From positions 1 to 30,127 of the forward strand of contig JBHGBC010000062.1 of the NCBI GenBank assembly GCA_041946805.1: DNA of 30,127 bases, read 5' to 3'. The DNA comes from a bacterium. GTDB lineage: Bacteria; Hinthialibacterota; Hinthialibacteria; Hinthialibacterales; Hinthialibacteraceae. A program made the position numbers and the translations under genes. Numbering within the stretch: position 1 is the stretch's first letter; each line of letters begins with the position of its first letter. The notes under the pieces are model-generated. The model did not search any database. It was given only the letters and a program-made list of their open reading frames with translations, and was not told the origin of the DNA. Shown here piece after piece: positions 9,649-18,088 of this stretch.

Positions 9649-11259
9649 ATGTTTCGGCAGATGTCGATCCGGCACAAAATCCAGGGTTTGGCGCTTGTCA
9701 TCATTCTGACCTGCACGGTTTCCTTCACTGTGTATCATGCCATTTCCGAAAGGACCGCGATTCTGCGGTCCATTGACGACCGTTTATACACCGCGGCGTA
9801 CGCGATTCCCCAGATTCTGCCGGAAGATTATCACGGCCGCGCCGTAAACGCGCAATCCATCTCCCCGGAAGAACGGCAACAGGTTCTGAAGGCCATGTCG
9901 GACTTTGCCCGTCAGGCGGGATTGAAGTACATCTATTCCCTGATGAACGTGGACGGAAACATCGTCTTCACTTCATGCAGCGCCACGCCCGAGGAACTGG
10001 AAAAAGGAACGTACACGCAGTATTTCGATGGGTATTCCAGCGCCAGTGAAGGTGTAAAACGGGCCTTCACCAGCCAAACCGTGCAGTTTCTTCAAGAAGC
10101 GGATGAATTCGGCGATTTCCGTTCGGTTCTCATTCCCCTGCAAACGGATTCGGGCAAAACCTACGTCGTGGGATCCGACATTCCCACTCAATTCGTGCGG
10201 GAGCGGCTGCGGCATCTGGTCGTCCGCAGTGTAATCCTCGGGTTGATCTTTTTCGGCCTGTTCTGCGCCGTTTCCAGCTTTCTGGCGGAACGGATCGCCC
10301 GGCCGATCGAGAAACTGACCCTGACCACGAATGAGATAATCGCGAATCAATTCAATGTTATCCCCGGCACCATGGCGGCGTTGGAGCAAATCACGCACAG
10401 TTCCGGGAATGAAATCGGGGCCTTGGCTTCGTCCATCCAGTTTCTGCAGGAAGAATTGCAGCGCTACATCGCGGATCTTATGATCACCACGGCGGCCAAG
10501 GAGAAGATCGAGAGCGAGTTGAAGATCGCGCACGACATTCAAATGAACCTGCTGCCTCGCGCCTTTCCGGGAGCGCCGTCTCATCCGGAAGTGGAGATGC
10601 ACGCGGTGCTGGAACCGGCGCGGGAGGTGGGGGGCGACCTGTTCGACTGGTTTGAAATCGGGGGTGGCCGTATTTTTTTCAGCGTGGGCGACGTGTCCGA
10701 CAAGGGGGTTCCCGCGGCCTTGTTCATGGCGGTGACCAAGGCTTTGTTCCGGGCCTATGGTCAGGAAAATCTTCCGCTGGGCGAAGTGGTGGGCATCGTC
10801 AACAACGAGTTGAGCCGCGAGAACGACAGCCAGATGTTCGTGACGGTTTTCTGCGGAATCATCGACCTGGCCACGGGGGGGATCGAGTATTGCGATGGAG
10901 GGCATGAGAATCCGTTGATCGCCGCGCGGGATGGAAGCGTCCGGCTGGTGGAGAAGGCGGGGGGCACCGCGTTGGGCTTTTTGCCGGACACGCCTTATAT
11001 TTCCGAGACGATCCAATTGGAGCCGGGGGATACGTTCTTCCTCTACACGGATGGAGTGAACGAGGCCATGGATCCCCACCACAAGCAATTTTCCGTGGGA
11101 AGGTTGCAAGCCTGTCTGGAGGAAGCCGCCGCGTTCCCGCCCGCGGACCTGACCCGGCACGTGGTGGATCGTGTACACCGCCACGCCGGAACCGAACCGC
11201 AATCGGACGATATCACGGTGATGGCGATCCGCTACCTGGGTAGGCCGGCCGCCGCTTGA
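9649..11259 (+). CDS. Membrane-anchored HAMP + PP2C/SpoIIE (RsbU-type) Ser phosphatase with extracytoplasmic sensor domain
   Basis: Two TM segments flanking a ~150 aa domain, HAMP-like IARPIEKL...NEIGALA, coiled coil KEKIESELKIAHDIQ, PAREVGGDLFD, GDVSDKGVPAALFM, YTDGVNEA, QSDDIT. Start at ATG 9649 after GAGGG. Confidence 0.92.
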   Translation: MFRQMSIRHKIQGLALVIILTCTVSFTVYHAISERTAILRSIDDRLYTAAYAIPQILPEDYHGRAVNAQSISPEERQQVLKAMSDFARQAGLKYIYSLMNVDGNIVFTSCSATPEELEKGTYTQYFDGYSSASEGVKRAFTSQTVQFLQEADEFGDFRSVLIPLQTDSGKTYVVGSDIPTQFVRERLRHLVVRSVILGLIFFGLFCAVSSFLAERIARPIEKLTLTTNEIIANQFNVIPGTMAALEQITHSSGNEIGALASSIQFLQEELQRYIADLMITTAAKEKIESELKIAHDIQMNLLPRAFPGAPSHPEVEMHAVLEPAREVGGDLFDWFEIGGGRIFFSVGDVSDKGVPAALFMAVTKALFRAYGQENLPLGEVVGIVNNELSRENDSQMFVTVFCGIIDLATGGIEYCDGGHENPLIAARDGSVRLVEKAGGTALGFLPDTPYISETIQLEPGDTFFLYTDGVNEAMDPHHKQFSVGRLQACLEEAAAFPPADLTRHVVDRVHRHAGTEPQSDDITVMAIRYLGRPAAA

Positions 11260-11662
11260 TGAAGGTGTTGCGGTTCACGGGACCCACCCGCTCGTAATGG
11301 TAATCATCCACGCCATCCAGGGTCAGCAGGATTCCCAGCCCGCCGATGGGCCGGTCTTCCAGGGGCATGTCCAGGTCTTCTTGCGTAGGCAGACCGCGCG
11401 TGGTGGGATCGAATTCGGTCCCGGTGTCTTCCAGCACGATGACGAGCGCTTCGGCGGTCAGGCGGCCTTCCACCTTGATTTCACCCGATAACCCCGCCTC
11501 CTCATACCCATGCATGACGATGTTGGTGGCGATTTCGTCGACGGCCAGGCAGAGGCCGTAGCGGTCTTTCTTGTCCAGTCCCGCTTCCATCGCCGCCCGG
11601 TCGATATAATCCCGGACCGGTTTGAGGGAGTCCATGGTGCCGGGTACGGTAAGAGGCGTCAT
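11213..11662 (-). CDS. RsbW/SpoIIAB-type anti-sigma factor Ser kinase (HATPase_c_2)
   Basis: LAVDEIATNIVMHGY (N box), EDTGTEFDP (G1), RPIGGLGI (G2). Confidence 0.92.
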   Translation of the reverse strand: MTPLTVPGTMDSLKPVRDYIDRAAMEAGLDKKDRYGLCLAVDEIATNIVMHGYEEAGLSGEIKVEGRLTAEALVIVLEDTGTEFDPTTRGLPTQEDLDMPLEDRPIGGLGILLTLDGVDDYHYERVGPVNRNTFIKRRPAYPGSGSPSP

Positions 11663-11737
11663 CGGGTCTCTCTTTTTCCCTGAGTGGAAGCATTGCCCTC
11701 ATGGGCAATCCTCCCGCCCCGTGGGGAGGCACACAAA

Positions 11738-12076
11738 TCAATCGGATTCGATTTCCTCGGCGTCGTAATCGTCGAGCAGGATCACGCTGTGATGGAAGCC
11801 GGTTTTTTGCAGCGTGCCCTTGACGGCTTCCTGCGCGCCGACGACGTAAATGTCCACGGCGGGGCCCATTTTTTGTTTGGCGAAGATGAGCACCCGCAGG
11901 CCGGCGCTGGCCATGAATTCGAGATCGTTCATGAGAAGAGCCAACCGGCGGGGATTTTCGGCGGCGGCTTTTTCGATCACCTCCTTGAATTGGACCGCGG
12001 TGGAGGCGTCGAGCTCGCCCGCGAGGACGAATTTCGCGATGCCATGGGTGATTTCCAGATTCACTTGAAAAGTCAT
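11738..12076 (-). CDS. STAS-domain anti-sigma factor antagonist 2
   Basis: LAGELDAS, LEFMASAGLR (phospho-acceptor Ser), TGF; RBS AAGGAG before ATG 12076. Confidence 0.9.
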   Translation of the reverse strand: MTFQVNLEITHGIAKFVLAGELDASTAVQFKEVIEKAAAENPRRLALLMNDLEFMASAGLRVLIFAKQKMGPAVDIYVVGAQEAVKGTLQKTGFHHSVILLDDYDAEEIESD

Positions 12077-12168
12077 CGAACTCACTCCTTGCTTCTGAAT
12101 AGGCCGGCAGGTTCTAATCAGTTTTCTTAAAGTAACTTGATTTACCCCTATACAACAGATTACTCGAT

Positions 12169-12443
12169 TGCCCGGGTACAAAGGGCGCCCTTGCAGGGCT
12201 TCCCTCACCCTAACCCTCTCCCAGAGGGAGAGGGAATTATTCGCTTATGGTTCGCTCATCCCGGGGCTTGCGCCCTGGGCTATGCTCATACCGCGCTTTC
12301 CGCGCTTAAAAAGAGGGATGTAGGATGGGCTCAAAGCGCAACGTAGCCCGCCAACGATAACCTTCCATTTTCTTTCTCCCTCTCCCCTCGGGAGAGGGCC
12401 GGGGTGAGGGATTATTTGTAGGGGCGGACCTAGGTGTCCGCCC
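12169..12443. repeat. BIME-like mosaic of palindromic repeats between glgX and STAS-2
   Basis: Inverted pair of triplex motifs (12202-12234 and 12378-12410), CCCGGGGC-ttgc-GCCCTGGG (12260-12279), GTAGGATGGGCT...AGCCC (from 12320), GTAGGGGCGGACCTAGGTGTCCGCCC (12418-12443). Confidence 0.8.
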
Positions 12444-12475
12444 GCTTCATCGAGTGAATCGTCCCCTTTTCACCC

Positions 12476-14602
12476 TCACTCCGAAATTTCTTTCCCCACG
12501 AGCACAACCACCGAGCGGGGACCGGCCAGGATCGTGCCGGGACCGGACAGCGCCGGTTCCGCGCCGGGCCGCCAGATGTCCTCGGGCGGTTCCATGCCGG
12601 TGTTGACCGCCACGCGCCAATGGCATCCGGGCGGCGGCGCGGGCACTTCGAACGGCAGGGTTTCCCAATACGTGTTCATGGCCACATAAATCGGATTGTC
12701 CTTTCCACCTTCCTGAGCATGACATCCGCATAGCATGAAGGCCAGGGAATGACCCGGATTCGCCCAATCGGCATGCCAGGCCTTCACGCCGTGGAACGTG
12801 ATGTCCGCGTAGGGGCAATCCCCCGAGGACTGATGGCGGTAGTGACGGGGGTTCCGCAATACCGGATGCGCCTGGCGGAAAGCGATCATGGCCTGGAAAA
12901 ACCGGAAGAGTTCCGCGTTGGTTTCGCGCAAGGACCAGTCCAGCCAGTTGATTTCGTTGTCGTGGCAGTACGTGTTGTTGTTACCCTGCTGGGTGCGCCC
13001 CATTTCATCTCCCATGAGGATCATGGGGATGCCCCGGCTGACCATGAGCAAAGTGACCGCGTTTTTGATCTGCCGGAGGCGCAGGCGGTTGACCTCGGGA
13101 TCGTCCGTGGGGCCTTCCCCGCCGCAGTTCCAGCTTTCGTTGTCGTTGGCTCCGTCCCGGTTGTCTTCGCCGTTGCTCTCGTTGTGCTTGCCGTTGTAGG
13201 AGACCAGGTCCATCAGGGTGAAGCCGTCGTGGCAGGTCACGAAGTTGATGGACGCCGTGGCCCCGCGGCGGGCGTAGAGATCGGGCGATCCCTGGATCCG
13301 CCAGGCCATTTCGCCCACGGCCCCCGGCTCGCCTTTCAAGTACTTGCGGAGCGCGTCGCGGAAGCGGCCGTTCCATTCACTCCAGCGGCCGTAGGCGGGG
13401 AAAGAGCCGACCTGATACAGGCCGCCCGCGTCCCAGGCCTCGGCGATCAATTTGCACTTGCCGAGGATGGGATCGTAAGCCAGCGATTCCAGCAGCGGCG
13501 GATTGGAGAGCGGCGCGCCGGAGGGATCGCGGCCCAGGATGGAGGCGAGATCGAAGCGGAAGCCGTCGATGTGGTACTCGGCGGCCCAGTAGCGGAGGCA
13601 ATCGAGGACGAGGTTGCGCACGATGGGATTATTGCAATTCAGCGTGTTGCCGCAGCCGCTGAAGTTGTAATAGTAGCCCTCGGGGGTCAGCATGTAGTAC
13701 GTTTGGTTGTCGATGCCGCGGAAGGAGAGGGTGGGGCCGTTTTCGTTGCCCTCGGCGGTGTGGTTGAAGACCACGTCCAGGATCACCTCGATGCCGTTTT
13801 TGTGCAGTTCCTTCACGAGGGTCTTGAATTCGTCGACTTGCATTCCGAAGCGTCCATGCGCCGCGAAACCGGCCTTGGGCGCGAAAAAGCCCACGGTGCT
13901 GTAGCCCCAATCGTTGTAGAGCGTTTCGCCGGTGGCGGGATGGACGCGGCTGTTTTCGAACTCGTCGAATTCGTAGACCGGCATCAACTCGACCGCGTTT
14001 ACTCCCAGTTCGCGCAGGTAGGGGATTTTCTCCATCATCCCCGCGAAGGTCCCGGGATATTTCACCCCGGAAGACGGGTGGCGGGTGAAATTGCGCACGT
14101 GCATTTCGTAAATCACCAGATCTTCGGGAGGGATTTCCAAGGGGCGGTCGTCTTCCCAGTCGAAGTCCTCGAAGGCGAGCCGCGCGCGGTGCGGGTAGAT
14201 ATCGTTCCAGTCGGGGACCACGCCCCAGACATCCCGCCCGGCGATGACCTTGGCGCAGGGATCGAGCAGGATCTTCGAGGGATCGAAGCGGTGGCCGGCC
14301 GCCGGATCGAAGGGGCCGTCCATGCGGTAGCCGTATTCGATTTCCTCGGGATCGAGATCGAAGACGATCATGCAGTAGACGTGGCCGATACGGAAGGCGT
14401 CGGGGAAGGGGATTTCGGCCAGGGGCTGGGAAGCCCCTTTTTCGAAGAGCACCAGCGAACAGGAGGTGGCATGGGAGGAAAAGATCGAAAAATTGATGCC
14501 GTTCGGCATGAGCGAGGCGCCGAAGGGAAACGGTTTGCCGGCGCGCAGTTGGAATCCGTTGATGGCATGCGTGGGGTAATAATCGATGCGTTGATCCAAC
14601 AT
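12476..14602 (-). CDS. glgX: Glycogen debranching enzyme / isoamylase (GH13_11, CBM48)
   Basis: IYEMHVR, VELMPV, WGYST, DVVFNHTAEG, YYNFSGCGN, DGFRFDLAS, LIAEAWD, NFVTCHDGFTL, QQGNNNTYC. Confidence 0.96.
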   Translation of the reverse strand: MLDQRIDYYPTHAINGFQLRAGKPFPFGASLMPNGINFSIFSSHATSCSLVLFEKGASQPLAEIPFPDAFRIGHVYCMIVFDLDPEEIEYGYRMDGPFDPAAGHRFDPSKILLDPCAKVIAGRDVWGVVPDWNDIYPHRARLAFEDFDWEDDRPLEIPPEDLVIYEMHVRNFTRHPSSGVKYPGTFAGMMEKIPYLRELGVNAVELMPVYEFDEFENSRVHPATGETLYNDWGYSTVGFFAPKAGFAAHGRFGMQVDEFKTLVKELHKNGIEVILDVVFNHTAEGNENGPTLSFRGIDNQTYYMLTPEGYYYNFSGCGNTLNCNNPIVRNLVLDCLRYWAAEYHIDGFRFDLASILGRDPSGAPLSNPPLLESLAYDPILGKCKLIAEAWDAGGLYQVGSFPAYGRWSEWNGRFRDALRKYLKGEPGAVGEMAWRIQGSPDLYARRGATASINFVTCHDGFTLMDLVSYNGKHNESNGEDNRDGANDNESWNCGGEGPTDDPEVNRLRLRQIKNAVTLLMVSRGIPMILMGDEMGRTQQGNNNTYCHDNEINWLDWSLRETNAELFRFFQAMIAFRQAHPVLRNPRHYRHQSSGDCPYADITFHGVKAWHADWANPGHSLAFMLCGCHAQEGGKDNPIYVAMNTYWETLPFEVPAPPPGCHWRVAVNTGMEPPEDIWRPGAEPALSGPGTILAGPRSVVVLVGKEISE

Positions 14603-14616
14603 GGTGAATTCCCAAC

Positions 14617-14952
14617 CTATTCTTTCAGGGCGGCCACGCCGTCCGCGACCGTGTCATAGAGGGAAAAGAAGCGCAAAAAGCCCGTATGCGACATCACGTC
14701 CCGGATCAGTTCGGGGACGCCCGCCAGCCCCAGGCGCTTGCCGAGGGAATTGACCTGGCGGTAGATCATCAGCAGGAGGCGCAGGCCGGCGCTGGAGATG
14801 TAATCCACCCCGCTGAGATCGAGCAGGATTTGGTTTTTTTCCGCGGCGAGAGGCAGGATTTTCTGTTGCGCCTCGGGCGCGGTCTTGCCGTCGATTTCCC
14901 CCGTGATGGCCACCACGGTCACATCGTCCACCGCATGGATCGTGATCTGCAT
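14617..14952 (-). CDS. STAS-domain anti-sigma factor antagonist 1
   Basis: ITGEIDG, LDLSGVDYISSAGLR, TGF; RBS GAGGAGG. Confidence 0.93.
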   Translation of the reverse strand: MQITIHAVDDVTVVAITGEIDGKTAPEAQQKILPLAAEKNQILLDLSGVDYISSAGLRLLLMIYRQVNSLGKRLGLAGVPELIRDVMSHTGFLRFFSLYDTVADGVAALKE

Positions 14953-14969
14953 GAATAAAACCTCCTCGG

Positions 14970-16793
14970 TTATTCCACCGGATCGATCCGGACCTTCACG
15001 TGTATCGGCGACTCGCTCTCCGGCAGGTTGACGGTCAGTTTTGCTGGATCAAAGTCCGTATATTCCTTATCATCCAAAGTCACCTGGGCCAGGCGGACGC
15101 TTCCCGGAGGCAGGATATCGGGTTGGACGCGCAGGATCTTGAAGCCGCCGGGCTGAGGCCGGAAGAAGAACTCCATGGAGTGCTTGTGAACCAGGAGATT
15201 GCTGTACACGGCGGCCAGGTAGGCCAGTTCGAACGAATGATAGCCGCTCTTGGAATGGCTGCCCTTGTAGCGTTCGGTTCCCTGCAGATAGGGAATGCCG
15301 TTGGCCAGCACGTTGAAGTAGATGTCGCCGTCGTCGTGATCCAGGAAGAACGCGTTGTAGAAGGACGAAGCCTCGCGGGCGTGTTTCAGATAGACGTCCT
15401 TCCGGTGAACGCCCGCCAGGATGTAATACGCCAGGATGGCCTGTTCCTGTTGCCACCAGGCCTTGCGGTCGTGCCAGGTGAAGCGGTGGCGGGTCTGGCC
15501 TTCCTCCAGCAGGCGTTCCATGACGTCGTACCAGCCGCCGCGCTGCGTGTCGCTGCCGATGGGGGGCATGATTTCGGCGATCTGTTCCGCCAGGGCCTTG
15601 TATTCCGGCTTGGGCTTCAGGTTGTACATGCGCGTCAGGTTCCAGGCGATTTTGAGGTTGTGCCCGACCACGGCGCGGTTCAGTTGCCAACCCCAGGTAG
15701 TGTCGGGACTCCAATCGGCGTAAAAACGTTCCTGCACGAAAGGCGAGTGGCTGTAATCGGGGAAACGCTTGACGATGGTGTCGAAGGTGTATTCGAGCAT
15801 GGCCGCGTACTTGGGATCGCCGGTGGCCAGCCAAAGATTGATCAGGTACGCCGGGGCGTGATCGCCCACCGAGTTCCAGTTCTTCCGCCCTTGGTTGCGG
15901 CCCAGACTGGGGCTTTGGGGGTCGAGGGCGATGGGTTCCAGATGGGAGAAATACCCGCCGTGGGAGCTCCGGTCCAGGAAGAATTGGTCAAACAGTTTCA
16001 CGGTGAGTTCGGCGTCCTGGAGGATTTCGGGATCGCCCGTGGCCCGGTAGGTTTGCATCGGGCCGGCGAGGGCGTAGATCTGTTCGTAGGCGGGGATGGC
16101 GTCGTAATCGTCGCCGAATTCCGAGGCGAAGATCTTGGTTTCGCGTTTGCCCTTGACGTCGATCCCGTGATACCAATAGACGATGTTCTCGTCCTGGTCG
16201 TAAAAGCGCATGTGGTCCCGCAGGTAGGCGGTGCCTTTTTCCGCCCCTTCCAGGTAGCGTTCATCGCCCGTCAGCAAAAACGCGGAGGCGAAGCCGTACA
16301 CGAGGCGGGAGATGGTATCGGTTTCCTGGCGGAAGTCGTCGTATTTGATTTTGACTCCTTCCCGGGTGATCATGGTGCGGTAGTCGTTGTAGTCGATCTG
16401 GCCTTCCTGGCCGAACTGGGCCTCGAGCCACCAATCGCCCAGGGAGTGGATTTGGTTGACCCACCAGTCGCTGCGTTCGTACTGGTATTCGTCTGGATGG
16501 CGTCCCACGAAGATCAGCCGTTTGGCGTCGAAGGTCCATTCTTTTTCGGGATAGAAGACGCCCCACGCGTACAGGTACTGGCCCGGCTTGAGCATGGCGC
16601 GCATGGGACCGGTACAGTCGCGGTACGGTTCGCCGAGGTTGCGGATCATTTCCGCGTAGGTCGTGTCCGTGAAATGCACGGTGAAATCCCGGCCGCCGGA
16701 GGTGGTCAGCACAAAGGCATCCGTATCGGAATCGTAATGTTTGACATATCCGGCAATGGTATCGGAGAATGAAAACCAAGTGTTGTTATTCAT
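14970..16793 (-). CDS. AGE-family (N-acylglucosamine 2-epimerase-like) sugar epimerase/isomerase with extra N- and C-terminal domains (Slr1855-like)
   Basis: TISRLVYGF, NSVGDH, VGHNLK, KAWWQQEQA and GYH motifs of the (alpha/alpha)6 AGE fold. Start ATG 16793 lies downstream of the predicted promoter. Confidence 0.85.
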   Translation of the reverse strand: MNNNTWFSFSDTIAGYVKHYDSDTDAFVLTTSGGRDFTVHFTDTTYAEMIRNLGEPYRDCTGPMRAMLKPGQYLYAWGVFYPEKEWTFDAKRLIFVGRHPDEYQYERSDWWVNQIHSLGDWWLEAQFGQEGQIDYNDYRTMITREGVKIKYDDFRQETDTISRLVYGFASAFLLTGDERYLEGAEKGTAYLRDHMRFYDQDENIVYWYHGIDVKGKRETKIFASEFGDDYDAIPAYEQIYALAGPMQTYRATGDPEILQDAELTVKLFDQFFLDRSSHGGYFSHLEPIALDPQSPSLGRNQGRKNWNSVGDHAPAYLINLWLATGDPKYAAMLEYTFDTIVKRFPDYSHSPFVQERFYADWSPDTTWGWQLNRAVVGHNLKIAWNLTRMYNLKPKPEYKALAEQIAEIMPPIGSDTQRGGWYDVMERLLEEGQTRHRFTWHDRKAWWQQEQAILAYYILAGVHRKDVYLKHAREASSFYNAFFLDHDDGDIYFNVLANGIPYLQGTERYKGSHSKSGYHSFELAYLAAVYSNLLVHKHSMEFFFRPQPGGFKILRVQPDILPPGSVRLAQVTLDDKEYTDFDPAKLTVNLPESESPIHVKVRIDPVE

Positions 16794-16839
16794 GGCGGGA
16801 ATCCTTGTTGGCTGGGTTGTAAGAGCACGAACCATGATC

Positions 16840-16869
16840 ACTATATCATATTTTCTTTTTGTATTTCAA
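16840..16869 (-). promoter_or_regulatory. Putative sigma70 promoter (extended -10) of the AGE-STAS-glgX operon
   Basis: Minus strand TTGAAA-18 nt-TATAGT with TG one base upstream of the -10 box, in an AT-rich spacer. Confidence 0.55.
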
Positions 16870-17044
16870 CATCTTTATCAGAGTTATTTTCTAGCTTCAT
16901 CCGGCCAATCCGGGAAAATGATGCGCTTCCTTTCCCCCAGCCCGGTTGAAAACCGGTCCCGGCTCCCTGAAAATGGATCAAAGCCCGCACGGGGCGGATG
17001 AAACGGTCATCGCATGGAGATACGTTTTGCGCAGACAAGAAACC

Positions 17045-18034
17045 ATGGGTGAACCAACAACGGATTCCCGCATTCACTCTGGACCACCCGCACGCAAACC
17101 GCGCCTTCCGCGGAAACTCCGGCCGGAGCGGGGGGGCCCCATCTCCCAGGTCTATTACCGCCAGGTCAAAAGGCGGTTGCGGAACGAAAAAATCCGTTCC
17201 CTTTTGATTTTGCTGGTGTCGGCTGGCGCCCTGGGATTGATCATTTATTGGTATGGGATCAATCAATCCCAAAGCCTTGAAATCAAGGGGCTGGCCGATG
17301 CCGGCTTGACCCTCCTGGAGAAGAACCGGTATCCGGAAGCCGCCTCCTACCTGCGGGCGGCCCTGGAAAAATATAGTGTTCATCACGCGGACCATCCCGG
17401 ATGGTGGATGGAATCCGACGCGGTGTTGTTTTCCTTGATGATCCGGGTGGCGCGGGGATTCGGCCGTCTGGGCGATTATGAGAACGGACTGGGAGCGTTC
17501 GAACAGGTCTCGCGGCACAACGCCCAGGGCCCCAACAACTGGGTGGGCCGTTTGGTGGACAAGGAATTGGTGGATTTCATCAGCCGCGACCATTGGACGG
17601 ATTCGGCAATGCCGGCGATTTATACTTATTTGTCGCAAATGGATCCAGAGTCCTGGAAAACGGGCGCGATTTTTCAGGCGCGCGTCACCGAACGGGCGGG
17701 CCTGTACGTGGTTCCCATGAGCGAACGTCTCCAGCAGGCGGACGGCGTGGTCTACGGCAAACCCCGGCCGATGGAGAATCCCTTGGCGGATGAAATGGAA
17801 GTGGACGCCATCCGGTTCTACAAGATCGAGCACCAATCCGGGAAGACCGTCATCCGCGTTCCACCGGAAATGGGGGAAGCAGACCGCCGCCGCCTGATGT
17901 GGTACTCGAAATCGGACAGGGAATGCCTGGTGTTCGTGAAATTCGAGGAGCATTCGCTGGTTTTGACCGGGAGGGAGGGGATCCTGTTGAGCGAAATCCA
18001 CAATGTGGATATCTTTAACACATATTTCCGGTAA
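17045..18034 (+). CDS. Hypothetical single-TM protein with TPR-like helical region
   Basis: Basic N-terminus, TM LLILLVSAGALGLIIYWYG, TPR-like GLTLLEKNRYPEAASYLRAAL and GRLGDYENGLGAFEQV. Start uncertain. Confidence 0.7.
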   Translation: MGEPTTDSRIHSGPPARKPRLPRKLRPERGGPISQVYYRQVKRRLRNEKIRSLLILLVSAGALGLIIYWYGINQSQSLEIKGLADAGLTLLEKNRYPEAASYLRAALEKYSVHHADHPGWWMESDAVLFSLMIRVARGFGRLGDYENGLGAFEQVSRHNAQGPNNWVGRLVDKELVDFISRDHWTDSAMPAIYTYLSQMDPESWKTGAIFQARVTERAGLYVVPMSERLQQADGVVYGKPRPMENPLADEMEVDAIRFYKIEHQSGKTVIRVPPEMGEADRRRLMWYSKSDRECLVFVKFEEHSLVLTGREGILLSEIHNVDIFNTYFR

Positions 18035-18088
18035 GGCGCCGGAGGCGATCGAAGGTTGACGAAAGACAGGACAAGAGTCGCAAGGATT

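Noticed and set aside
12749..16772. Long antisense ORFs (12749-14659, 15000-16772; likewise 443-2002, 9973-11202, 16841-18001, 20585-21742)
   Set aside because: Shadows of GC3-rich genes on the opposite strand; no motifs and fully overlapping well-supported CDSs.
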